IMG/VR virus record: IMGVR_UViG_3300042307_000844
Origin: a virus
Taxonomy: Duplodnaviria; Caudoviricetes
Strand: one strand, 5' to 3'
DNA: 64,000 nucleotides
Of this stretch, positions 54,628-64,000 are shown in pieces; positions within the stretch are counted from its first letter, which is position 1, and every line of letters starts with the position of its first letter. The notes below the pieces were generated by a model that did no database searches, was not told where the DNA came from, and saw only the letters and a list, made by a program, of their open reading frames with translations. A program made the translations under genes and the position numbers.

Positions 54628-56705
54628 GCAGCTTTGGCGATATAGAATTTAGTGTTCTGGATTGGAAGAACGAAAATGTGTTGAGTTCCTATGCTCTGGA
54701 ACAGACACCGCTTCGGTTCGTTCCCGATCTGGATGATTTCAGCTATGTTCGGGTCTTGTGGGACTTTGGAGATGGAACCATTTCCAGTTCTTTGACGGCA
54801 GAGAAGTATTGGGAAAATCCCGGCAAATATGTCGTCAATTTCACCCTCTATGATTGCTATTCCAATGCGGTGATTTCCACGGAATACAAGATCATTCACA
54901 TTATTGATTATCTCAAGCACACATTCACCGTGGATTTTGACAGTCCTACCTACTATGACAATATATCATGGAAATGTGGTAAGATCAGCGATCCCATCAC
55001 AATCAGAGCATATTATCCTCCAACCATTCCAACCACAAGCCTGTTCTACCGCATAAGCGGTAGCAACAGCGATTATTATTTCGATGAATTGACAAAATTT
55101 CGTCATTTGGATAAGACATATGCTTTTCATGAGAAGATTTACAACAATTACCTCTCAAGCTATCAATATCAGGAAATTGACCGCATCACCACGGATAACA
55201 CTTCGATCTATGCCAAAATATCGGGAACCAATCTGATAGGTGCCACGGAATCTGATAATAATTCGTTTTTTGTTGGGGTATCGGGAACCAAGGATATTCA
55301 TTTCAAGGATGATTCCATCAATCGGATCAACATTGATCTGTTTTTTGATAGAAGTGTGGAATATCTCAATAATCGGAACAATACCAAAATTTCACTATCA
55401 GCCCTTATCGTGGATAATGATGAGGTGGAGGATTTATCAATCACCAGTAATGGATTGGATGGGGAATTCTATGAAATTGATTCTTTTAAAATTGATGGTA
55501 GAAAATTCTCCCATGTGGACATACCATTTGTTATAAAAATCAAGGATTCGGAGAATTTCAGCGTCAAGAACTTTCCCCTGCTTTCCGCTTCCGATGTCAA
55601 TGTTCTGGTATTATCGGGGGGAGACGTAGTAAATTCTTCCTATTATGAATTGGAAGATGTGGGAGCTTATTATGGTTCCGCCAGAGGTAAGATAAAATTA
55701 AAAACGAACGATGTTTTACACTATGTTCAGTTGAGTGCAAACCTGTCCACAACCAATGATCAGGGGAGTTCATATTCCTTGGTAGGAATCACCGACTACT
55801 TCGATGTGTATCCCAAAAATTACGTTTCCATTGAAAAGAGAAATGAAGATTTTGATGCCCAAGAGACATTCAAGGGTTTAAGATTCCAAGAATTCCTCTT
55901 GGATAAGACGGTATTATTTGACGATTTCATGGGATCGGTGTTTGGAACCCTAAGTTCTTCCTATGACACTCTTGGTAAGAAAATCTATGAAAAGATTACC
56001 AATTTCGTGGAAAACACCCAAGATGTGGACAGAGGTGAAATATTCTCCCTGATTTCCCAGATGAAAATGACGGGGGTTGATAATGATGTGTTTGAATCCA
56101 ACCTTTTCACATATCCGGAGAAAATCAAGCGTATTCTGGACTTGGGATCGATCAGCAAGAACAAATTGATTGGATTTAATAACAAATTTAAGGAGAATTT
56201 TGATATCAAGGGATTTTCTTCCAAGGAAATCTTCGGAACAAATCTGGGAACGGAGATCAACACCGATACCTACATCATATCGGCGGGAACCCCCATTGTG
56301 GCTCTGGAAAAGTTCTCCAACCGCTATGTGTTGCTGAATACTGAACAACCCGTGGAAGAAACCGTGTTGAGTGCTTACATGTTATCGGGATACAATGCAA
56401 ATTGGGGTTGGCCTCTGGTTCTTCCCGACACCTACCAATATTCCGATCTGGAGAAGTATTATTTATTCTTTGAATATCAGACGGGATATGAAAACACCCT
56501 TGTTGATAATACGATTGTATATGACTACACCCTTTATGATAATCTCTCATCCAAACATGTATTAAGGGATGAAGATGGGGAACCCATACTCACCGAAACA
56601 TCTCAACCAATCTTTGAGGAATTTGATTTCAATTATAATTCTGAAATGATGAACATTTCTTTGCGAGATATGTTATACTCTTCCTTATCACTGTATCATC
56701 TCTAA
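54624..56705 (+). CDS. Baseplate-associated structural protein with PKD-like domain
   Basis: WDFGDGT...PGKYVVNFT PKD signature; follows gp6. Confidence 0.7.
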   Translation: MSSFGDIEFSVLDWKNENVLSSYALEQTPLRFVPDLDDFSYVRVLWDFGDGTISSSLTAEKYWENPGKYVVNFTLYDCYSNAVISTEYKIIHIIDYLKHTFTVDFDSPTYYDNISWKCGKISDPITIRAYYPPTIPTTSLFYRISGSNSDYYFDELTKFRHLDKTYAFHEKIYNNYLSSYQYQEIDRITTDNTSIYAKISGTNLIGATESDNNSFFVGVSGTKDIHFKDDSINRINIDLFFDRSVEYLNNRNNTKISLSALIVDNDEVEDLSITSNGLDGEFYEIDSFKIDGRKFSHVDIPFVIKIKDSENFSVKNFPLLSASDVNVLVLSGGDVVNSSYYELEDVGAYYGSARGKIKLKTNDVLHYVQLSANLSTTNDQGSSYSLVGITDYFDVYPKNYVSIEKRNEDFDAQETFKGLRFQEFLLDKTVLFDDFMGSVFGTLSSSYDTLGKKIYEKITNFVENTQDVDRGEIFSLISQMKMTGVDNDVFESNLFTYPEKIKRILDLGSISKNKLIGFNNKFKENFDIKGFSSKEIFGTNLGTEINTDTYIISAGTPIVALEKFSNRYVLLNTEQPVEETVLSAYMLSGYNANWGWPLVLPDTYQYSDLEKYYLFFEYQTGYENTLVDNTIVYDYTLYDNLSSKHVLRDEDGEPILTETSQPIFEEFDFNYNSEMMNISLRDMLYSSLSLYHL

Positions 56706-56714
56706 ATAATACCA

Positions 56715-59279
56715 ATGACTCTAGCATCATTAGGTTATCCAAACATTCCCAAGTCCATCACCAATCCAAATGTGGTGGTTCGTGATGCTCTGGATGCGAA
56801 TACATCCCTTTCGTTCCTACAATTCATCAAAACGATGGATGTGTCTTTCAATCCTTCAAAAAATCAGGATTATTACACGGCATATCTCAAATCTTGGAAT
56901 TTTGTGAAGAATACCAAGACTGCGGATGATAATTCCGTGATCATCGAAAGGTATCGGGAATTCATTCAGGATGTCAATCTAGAATACACCACTTTAGAGG
57001 AGCAGAAGTTCCTTTCCAAGCTGGATTTCAACGATCCCCTTGATCTTGATATTGCCATTCCGTTTTATTCCCGCAAATTAATTGAAATTTCGGAATATTA
57101 TAATAAAAAACGGGAAGAAGCCAAGTTTCAGATCACCAAGAAGAGAATTTCAGGAACAAATTTTGGATTGACCAAGGATATCAAAGATATTACCATAAAT
57201 TATTTGGAAAATCTTGATAACAGAAAGATCAATTATGACTTTTCCAATCTGAAAAACGATTTGGAGGTGGAAATCGAGGAGTTGTATGAAACATATCCTG
57301 AATACTTCAATCAAACACCGAATGTTCAGATATATGATAACAAGGATTTGGATTATGGGCTGGATATTTTCCTCAAAACCAATGCAGAACTCATTCCCGA
57401 AGTATTTGCTGGGGTATCCGCTTCACTGATTGAATTGAAAGAAGGGAACTCCTTACTGGATAACAAGAGAAAATTAACGGAGAAATACATTTCTTCCAAT
57501 TATTATTATCTTTCCACGGGTTCCACTGTATATGACTTCATTTCGGGTAAGATGTTGGATGCTGATAATCCAGCAGCTTCCTTTTTCAACACGAAATATC
57601 CCACAACAGCTTCCACTCAGAGAAAAGAATTCACAACACCTGTGGAAATGGGGTTCTTTCGCCCCCACAAGCTATCCATTATTTTGATTGATGGGGAAAT
57701 ACCTTCATATTCCTTCAATTTTGATAATCTAGAACCCAATACCATCTACTATTTTCCTGATCCTGATATCAGGGGTAATAATGATGGTATTCTAACATTC
57801 GTAAACAACGATTTATTCCTGAAACGCAATGATTCTTCGGGGAAAGCCAAAAATCAACCGATTAGTAATAAAAGCGATTCCCAATATTACGGTTATATCT
57901 CCCAAACGGAGACGACACCTTCAAAATATCTGGATAAAGTGTTTGAATCGGGTTACATTCAGGATTCCAAGGAGGATATCTATAACAATCTCTATGGTTT
58001 GTTTAAAAATGATGGGAGTTTCAAGCAAACCATCAAGGTAATACCAGAAACAGAGAAACAATATATCATTCTAGATGGACATACCTTCTACGATTTCAAA
58101 TATGGGGAAGGATATGCCTTTGATTATTCAACGGTTGATGATTCCACCTTTCCATATACCACAAGATCGGGGTTATCTTCACACACGGGAGGATTTACCA
58201 CCGATTTCTCCCGCCATTACATTCTGTTCGGAGGAAAATTTACGGATAATTTCACATATCCTCCCGATTTTTATCCAATTTGTCAAATTCTGGAAGGTTA
58301 TAATGTTTTCCGCAATGGAGTTCTCGTAACCGATACCATTTCATCCGATTTGAGTGGGTATCCTCTCAGTGGCACTTACTATTACTCCCGTTTGATTGAG
58401 GGGGGTATCCACGACTCATCCCCCCTTCAAAGAGCATTGGTTGATCCTTCATATCCAACTTTAACTGCGAATGCAACCCAAGAAATTGTTCCTGATGAAG
58501 TGAATACATTCATGATTGATGGGGGTAAGGCAACCAATTCGTTGTGTGATATCCAATTTCAATTCCCATCTATCTATTACGATCCCACGGTATTGCAATC
58601 CAGTGTTTACAATCTTTCATCTTCCCCAACTGAGAATTACTTCACAAGGTTGTCGTCACATGGCACGATCTATGTTAGGAATGCATACACCAAAGAGGTT
58701 AAATCACTTCAAACAACCTTCAGTTACCTCTCAACAACCCTGTTGAGTTCTGTTTATAACGAATTATCGGGTGTTTCCTCATTCGAAGTGGTGGGAGACA
58801 CCATATTCATCCAAACCGATAACAATCTAATCGCTAAAAAAATCCTTTTTGACAATGGAGCTTTTGTAAATCCCAAGAAATCCACATATGTCACATCATT
58901 CAATGATAATCCTTACCAAAAAGTGTCCAAACGATTCAAGAAAAAAGATAAGGTGTATTACGCAAGATTGGATGTTGAGACTTATCCAGTGGTGAGTAAC
59001 GATTTCAAAATATATCCAACAATTTATGAGATTGATACCACGAAACACATCAAAAAAATCTATTCTGTAGGGGGATTGACCAACTTCTACACGGTGTCAG
59101 GAGGATCGGAAGCATACATCAAGGCAGAGGAACCAATGTTCACCTATGATAATCGCTCCGATCAATATAACATATCATTCCTCATGAAAACCGTGGGCAA
59201 CCAATTCATCATTCAGGAATTTGATTTCAAATTGAATCCGTTCTCCATGATTAACCATAAGCAAATCAAACAACGATGA
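56715..59279 (+). CDS. Large structural protein (baseplate/tail)
   Basis: 854-aa ORF, late promoter, beta-rich C-terminus. Confidence 0.7.
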   Translation: MTLASLGYPNIPKSITNPNVVVRDALDANTSLSFLQFIKTMDVSFNPSKNQDYYTAYLKSWNFVKNTKTADDNSVIIERYREFIQDVNLEYTTLEEQKFLSKLDFNDPLDLDIAIPFYSRKLIEISEYYNKKREEAKFQITKKRISGTNFGLTKDIKDITINYLENLDNRKINYDFSNLKNDLEVEIEELYETYPEYFNQTPNVQIYDNKDLDYGLDIFLKTNAELIPEVFAGVSASLIELKEGNSLLDNKRKLTEKYISSNYYYLSTGSTVYDFISGKMLDADNPAASFFNTKYPTTASTQRKEFTTPVEMGFFRPHKLSIILIDGEIPSYSFNFDNLEPNTIYYFPDPDIRGNNDGILTFVNNDLFLKRNDSSGKAKNQPISNKSDSQYYGYISQTETTPSKYLDKVFESGYIQDSKEDIYNNLYGLFKNDGSFKQTIKVIPETEKQYIILDGHTFYDFKYGEGYAFDYSTVDDSTFPYTTRSGLSSHTGGFTTDFSRHYILFGGKFTDNFTYPPDFYPICQILEGYNVFRNGVLVTDTISSDLSGYPLSGTYYYSRLIEGGIHDSSPLQRALVDPSYPTLTANATQEIVPDEVNTFMIDGGKATNSLCDIQFQFPSIYYDPTVLQSSVYNLSSSPTENYFTRLSSHGTIYVRNAYTKEVKSLQTTFSYLSTTLLSSVYNELSGVSSFEVVGDTIFIQTDNNLIAKKILFDNGAFVNPKKSTYVTSFNDNPYQKVSKRFKKKDKVYYARLDVETYPVVSNDFKIYPTIYEIDTTKHIKKIYSVGGLTNFYTVSGGSEAYIKAEEPMFTYDNRSDQYNISFLMKTVGNQFIIQEFDFKLNPFSMINHKQIKQR

Positions 59280-59761
59280 ACACCAAATTCCTATCCTTGT
59301 CTTCAACAAACACCAACCAAACCACAACCTATTCAACAATAGGTGTGGTTGATCATACCTTGTTGACATTATCTTTATCGGGAGTCACTGAACGAATTTT
59401 TCCCACACACCTAACCATTGATTGGGGAGATAATGTGGAAGATTTCTTTGAAAATGATATACTACAGAATCAAAACATTGCATCCAACGTGTTTTCATCT
59501 CTTCTGATGACCACCTACACACACGAATACTTCCCATCTGTCATCTCCACAAGTCAAACACTGACAGCGACGGTTTCCTTATATTATACCAATACTGATA
59601 TATCAACTTTTACATTACCTTTATCCATCACCAACTATGATTATGCGACATCAGTGGGAGATGTTAAGCTTGTAAATACCGTTTATTTACAGAGCGGTTC
59701 AAAGATGCATCAATTGGTGACTAATGAAGGTGGTTATCTATTGGAATTACTCATTAAATAA
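59276..59761 (+). CDS. Structural protein (Ig/PKD-like)
   Basis: 161 aa, Thr-rich, IDWGD motif. Confidence 0.65.
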   Translation: MNTKFLSLSSTNTNQTTTYSTIGVVDHTLLTLSLSGVTERIFPTHLTIDWGDNVEDFFENDILQNQNIASNVFSSLLMTTYTHEYFPSVISTSQTLTATVSLYYTNTDISTFTLPLSITNYDYATSVGDVKLVNTVYLQSGSKMHQLVTNEGGYLLELLIK

Positions 59762-59765
59762 TCTT

Positions 59766-61991
59766 GTGGCTATTTTATTTGATAAATTATCATCCTGTGA
59801 ATCTGTTCCCCTTTCCTCAAATTTGGAAGATATAAGGTTTCAGAATTTTTCAAGATATTATCAAGGAGATTATACGCTGACGTTTTACAACGCTCTTTCG
59901 GGTATCGTTGATGTCAAAAATAAGAATTATACCAATTTCTTACTGACTAGAAATACCAAAGTATCGAACATTCTCGAAAAGGAAGATCAAATTCTGAAAT
60001 CCGATTCATTATTAACCAATCTGAACTTTGGGGGTAATTTTTTGGCGTTTCAAAGAGCAGATACCAGAAGATTGGGATTGTCGGGTATCTATAACGAGAG
60101 TGAATACTACGGAAATTATAATTTCTCGACAAACGGTGATTCTTTGTCCACAAATTTTGTCATTACACTGAAACCCAACAATGTTTGCAACATTCATCAA
60201 TATTATGACTATAAAAAATATTATTTGACTAGAAATGCTAATAATGAATTAAATTTTTATACTCAAAATCTAGGATTGACTGCCTATGATTTCAAATATA
60301 TCTACTCCCGCCCAAACAAGGCTATATTCCTCTTCCAAACCTTATCTGGTGTTCCTTATTTTGTCAGAAAAACGGGTAATTCGCTGACATTATCTCCATC
60401 CACATCCGCAAATAAAGCGAGTGTTTACACCAATCCCATTTATCTGAGCAAAGACATATATTCCGATTTCAATATTAATCCAAATACTTCTTATGTTGAA
60501 TATGGGGACGATAATACCATATCGGAAAACGGAATACTAAAGGATTTGGATAATAACTATCTGTTACACCGTGAAAACGATTCAACTGATATCATTGTTC
60601 TAAAGAATCAACTCACCCAAGACAATACGTTTACATCGGGCAACACATTATTATCTTCACAAGACTTGAAATTTTTCGTTGATGGTATGCGGAATTATAC
60701 ATCCATTTTCAATGATATCGACACTGAAAAAGATGAGACTTTAGCTCTAAATTATGTTCTTTACAACAAATCATATGAAATTCTTCCCGGACTGAATCGT
60801 TTTACTGCGCCGGATAACATGTCCCCATTCAGCAGGATCAATATCAATGATACAAAATTCGTGGAATCGGGAGCATTTGGATATCCAACACCCGAATATG
60901 CAGATAAGGTATATCGCTCCGATGTTTCAGTGAGCTATGATGATGGGCAAACATATCTATGCACTTGGTTGTCCGGTTCCCCCCTTGGTAGTGATAAAGT
61001 TTGGGTGGATCGTTACTATTACCCCGATTTGATTGAAAAATCCTTGGCACTGGTGGGAGATAATTCATTCAATCCTACATATGATGATGTGGTGGAGGAA
61101 TTAGTGACTGGAAATACATCAATACGGGACAGTCTCTCATCTTTCACGGTGTTTGATAAAAAAAGTGATATGTTATTTGTACCGAATTGCAAATACACAT
61201 ACGAAAGAATTAAAGCGGAAGAGTCTGTAACCGATCCGGTGGTGATAACACCCTGTCAATCCCTAACAACAACCGGAAATAATATTAATTATTTCAAACA
61301 ATTGAATGATGCTAGTAAATTCACCGTAAAATTTTATTTTGATGGTAATAGACAAAATTGGAAATTCAAAAGCAAACGAAATAATACCAATGGAGGACTC
61401 ACCATTGAAAAAAGAGGTGATAATCTCATATTTGAAATGAACCTTTATAATCCCGGATTCGTTGAAACCACCACTTTCACGGAAACGGTTGTGTATAAAC
61501 CATCCCAGCGCAATTTTGTTTGTGTTTCCATTGATGCTGTAACCGGACAATTATATTTCTTTCTAAATAACCAAATTGTGGGGTATTATACTTTTGATAT
61601 TTACCAATTTTATGGAAAAAGATTGGTGTTTGGAGATTTTGTTGTGAATGATGAGGACATTTTTAACCAAAATACCTTGTTGAAAGTTGGTGTAACTACA
61701 GAATATACATCAGAAAATCTCGCATTTATCACTCCAATGCTTGACGGGGAATCTAAAATAGACCCAATTACAATTACTTTACCTTGTGGTATGAGAAACA
61801 GCACCGACACGGTTGAATATCTTCAAAGTGTGTGCAACAATCAAGCTTATAAATCGAATTTTGTCAATATATTCATCAAAAATGTTGAATTGGAAGATTC
61901 TGATATGGATGGACTTCGTAATCGTATATCTTCAGAGATTGTTGATCGCTCTTCAATAACCACTCAAATAAATAATTTAACAATCCCATGA
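59766..61991 (+). CDS. Large structural protein, possible C-terminal LamG-like domain
   Basis: GTG start 5 nt after TAAATA; RNFVCVSID...LYFFLNNQ resembles a LamG/concanavalin strand. Confidence 0.65.
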   Translation: MAILFDKLSSCESVPLSSNLEDIRFQNFSRYYQGDYTLTFYNALSGIVDVKNKNYTNFLLTRNTKVSNILEKEDQILKSDSLLTNLNFGGNFLAFQRADTRRLGLSGIYNESEYYGNYNFSTNGDSLSTNFVITLKPNNVCNIHQYYDYKKYYLTRNANNELNFYTQNLGLTAYDFKYIYSRPNKAIFLFQTLSGVPYFVRKTGNSLTLSPSTSANKASVYTNPIYLSKDIYSDFNINPNTSYVEYGDDNTISENGILKDLDNNYLLHRENDSTDIIVLKNQLTQDNTFTSGNTLLSSQDLKFFVDGMRNYTSIFNDIDTEKDETLALNYVLYNKSYEILPGLNRFTAPDNMSPFSRININDTKFVESGAFGYPTPEYADKVYRSDVSVSYDDGQTYLCTWLSGSPLGSDKVWVDRYYYPDLIEKSLALVGDNSFNPTYDDVVEELVTGNTSIRDSLSSFTVFDKKSDMLFVPNCKYTYERIKAEESVTDPVVITPCQSLTTTGNNINYFKQLNDASKFTVKFYFDGNRQNWKFKSKRNNTNGGLTIEKRGDNLIFEMNLYNPGFVETTTFTETVVYKPSQRNFVCVSIDAVTGQLYFFLNNQIVGYYTFDIYQFYGKRLVFGDFVVNDEDIFNQNTLLKVGVTTEYTSENLAFITPMLDGESKIDPITITLPCGMRNSTDTVEYLQSVCNNQAYKSNFVNIFIKNVELEDSDMDGLRNRISSEIVDRSSITTQINNLTIP

Positions 61992-63766
61992 TTTCGTATT
62001 TCAAATTTACATCAGGTGAAGCATTTACCTTAAATGGTGCCGATTACTCTGGATTCTTCCACGTTGAAGAAGGGGTTGCATATACGGAACGCAAAAAAAG
62101 CGAGACTTCTGAGCAACTTACCCCGAAGAACACTTTCATTTCAGATTTCTATCTCAATAAAATGGAATTTGACAATCAATTTGATTCAATCACGGAAACA
62201 TCCGATATAACAGCCAATGTTTTTGATGTTCTCAACAAGGTTGAGATGGAAAGATTATTATCCATCATCAACCAGAATAATCTAATTGTTTTCAAATCTT
62301 TGGTTGTTAATAATCCTCAAATCATCAATTTCACGGAAAACGACTCCCATTATTACGGGTTGTCATCCACCATCGTTGACATGAGAAACGACGATCTCAT
62401 GTCGGGGAAGAAAAATATATCTCATATCGATCCATTTCGATATTCTCTCGAATGGGCATTTCTTGAAAAGATTAAATATGGGGCGTTATTTGTCAAATCT
62501 GATCAAACGTTTAAATATCTATGTTCAACTGGTTTCGAACTTTATACTCTCAAGGGATCATTTACAGATGAAGGATATATCGAATACTCCGTTCAGGAGT
62601 TGGAATTTTCCGAAGAGGTATATGGAATTGATTATGATGAATTTGAAAATAAAATAACCATTATCACGCTTGGTGATTTATTGGTATATGATTCTATTAA
62701 TTATATTGAATGCGATACTTTAGTTCTGGTGGACTCGATCAAATTAGGGGATGTTAATTCTGAAATATTTAAATGGAGTATTGAAAAGAAATTTAAGGAC
62801 TTGATCGGTAAATGGGGACGCAAATTTTATAATATCCCAAATTTTTCAACAGAATTCATTCGTTTCGGGGATAATTACAGGACATCCATTGAAAATGATG
62901 CTCTTGTTCTTAGAAATAAATACTCAACAGAAAAAATAATTGAGTTCAATTTAGCATCCCTTGGGATTGAGGAATTATTAAGCGTTAATATTCGGGTTAT
63001 TGATGATTATGTCATCATTTTACATCAAAAATCAAATATTTTTCATATTATGTTTTTTGATCCTTTGGATATTGAAGGAACGTTGAGGGACACCCCAATA
63101 TCAGAATTCCAAAATAGTGACAATTATAGGGTATCGTTTTCCAATCACGATTCCAATATATTTTATTTAAATAGTTCGGCGCAATGTCAAACCCGTGTGG
63201 TATCAAACCCAACATATCCAACAGGGCAAATGCGAGAAAGCAACCTCAAGTATGTGAAAAAAGAAACGTGGAAAAATTATATCCAAAAATTTGGAAATGG
63301 TAATTTGAAATGGAATACCACATCTCTGGATTCCAATTATTACACTAATTATATGTTCGATAATATCGTTAAATCTGATAAAAATTACGTTTTCTTATTG
63401 AATTCTGGTAGAATATATCCTCTTCGGCAAAATATTCCCGATTCATATCTTAGTTCCATTTCCTTGGATTTAATAAAAAATTATGATGGTGTCAAATGTG
63501 CAGACACTTCGTATGGATTATTTTTCAACAAAACCATATCATACATTCTCAAAGATATACTAACACTTTATACAAATGCAACCAATTCCTACTCAATTGG
63601 TAAAAATGACGTATTTCTAAATAAAATACAAGAAATCACATACGACACCAACAATCTTTACATGAATGGGAATGAATCTGTCAATGTTTTGATGATGCAA
63701 CGCATCTTAACACTATTAACCGATCTCCAAAAACAATTGGTTGCCAATTTGATAACCGTGGATTAA
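61988..63766 (+). CDS. Large structural protein (baseplate/tail)
   Basis: 592-aa ORF in the late operon. Confidence 0.7.
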   Translation: MISYFKFTSGEAFTLNGADYSGFFHVEEGVAYTERKKSETSEQLTPKNTFISDFYLNKMEFDNQFDSITETSDITANVFDVLNKVEMERLLSIINQNNLIVFKSLVVNNPQIINFTENDSHYYGLSSTIVDMRNDDLMSGKKNISHIDPFRYSLEWAFLEKIKYGALFVKSDQTFKYLCSTGFELYTLKGSFTDEGYIEYSVQELEFSEEVYGIDYDEFENKITIITLGDLLVYDSINYIECDTLVLVDSIKLGDVNSEIFKWSIEKKFKDLIGKWGRKFYNIPNFSTEFIRFGDNYRTSIENDALVLRNKYSTEKIIEFNLASLGIEELLSVNIRVIDDYVIILHQKSNIFHIMFFDPLDIEGTLRDTPISEFQNSDNYRVSFSNHDSNIFYLNSSAQCQTRVVSNPTYPTGQMRESNLKYVKKETWKNYIQKFGNGNLKWNTTSLDSNYYTNYMFDNIVKSDKNYVFLLNSGRIYPLRQNIPDSYLSSISLDLIKNYDGVKCADTSYGLFFNKTISYILKDILTLYTNATNSYSIGKNDVFLNKIQEITYDTNNLYMNGNESVNVLMMQRILTLLTDLQKQLVANLITVD

Positions 63767-63774
63767 ATAATGTT

Positions 63775-64000
63775 ATGACTTTACCAGATTTAACAGACCA
63801 ATTCGCTGCGGATTCCTTTTTAGGGATATTACACACCAGCAACAATGCACTAACAACAAGCGATCTTAAAACCATATATGATGGTGTTGGAAACCCATCA
63901 TCTTTGAAATTATCTAATGATAGAGCGTCAATAGCTGGAATAACATATCCGCTATCTGATCCCGGTTTTAATCTCAGTCTTATGACATCTGGGGGAACCA
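63775..64000 (+). CDS. Partial structural/fibre protein (runs off window end)
   Basis: Open frame MTLPDLTDQFAADSFLGILH... to the window end; late promoter 5 nt upstream. Confidence 0.7.
   Translation, partial: MTLPDLTDQFAADSFLGILHTSNNALTTSDLKTIYDGVGNPSSLKLSNDRASIAGITYPLSDPGFNLSLMTSGGT

Larger units (their letters stand above)
21505..63769. promoter_or_regulatory. T4-late-like promoter TAA(A/G)TA 5-6 nt before late start codons (20 sites)
   Basis: 5-nt spacer before starts at 21516, 25474, 27957, 30259, 31629, 34105, 37357, 38605, 40272, 41738, 43411, 48170, 49241, 49275, 52783, 59766, 63775; 6-nt spacer at 38998, 52819, 56715; T4 late consensus is TATAAATA. Confidence 0.8.

Noticed and set aside
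44784-59765. ORF-track starts at 44784, 50809, 52858 and 59724 (also 34120, 40287, 41470)
   Set aside because: These extensions overlap neighbouring genes or precede the late promoter; downstream starts (44898, 50917, 52783, 59766, 34105, 40272, 41368) fit better
1-64000. Stop-codon reassignment
   Set aside because: Long genes are intact in the standard code and end on TAA, TAG and TGA; the one in-frame stop (17184) is isolated
1-64000. tRNA, tmRNA or rRNA genes
   Set aside because: No cloverleaf with T-loop/D-loop consensus recognised by eye in the few intergenic gaps; a tRNAscan-SE/ARAGORN run is needed to exclude them fully

Overview
This window is part of a large T4-like (contractile-tail, myovirus-type) phage genome. 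Bases 1-~21.5 kb are a minus-strand accessory region of small genes. It includes an Rnl1-type RNA ligase, a P-loop kinase, three calcineurin-like phosphoesterases, a 2H phosphoesterase, a nucleotidyltransferase-like protein, an AEP-like protein, RlpA, a glutaredoxin, a pyrimidine-dimer glycosylase-family protein and RmlB. It is punctuated by 16 copies of a motif (minus strand TAAAAACTAGAAT) that sits 11 nt before a start codon in 14 of 16 cases and often supplies the upstream stop codon. Bases ~22-64 kb are the late morphogenesis region (baseplate hub and wedge, tape measure-like, tail tubes, sheath, gp3, neck, clamp loader, fibres, candidate internal head proteins). About 20 late genes there have TAAATA/TAAGTA 5-6 nt before the start codon, suggesting leaderless late mRNAs. 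The large terminase is fractured in its Walker A motif by an atypical, naturally split intein (32-aa IntN, 115-aa IntC) with a Vsr-like endonuclease gene between the halves. A GIY-YIG endonuclease lies between sheath and tube. RmlA, RmlB and a UER1/L780-type epimerase-reductase could make NDP-rhamnose without RmlC, and a sulfotransferase and glycosyltransferase sit beside a repeat-rich fibre gene. All family calls come from motif recognition by eye; no database search was run. No tRNA, rRNA, CRISPR array, integrase or reverse transcriptase was recognised.
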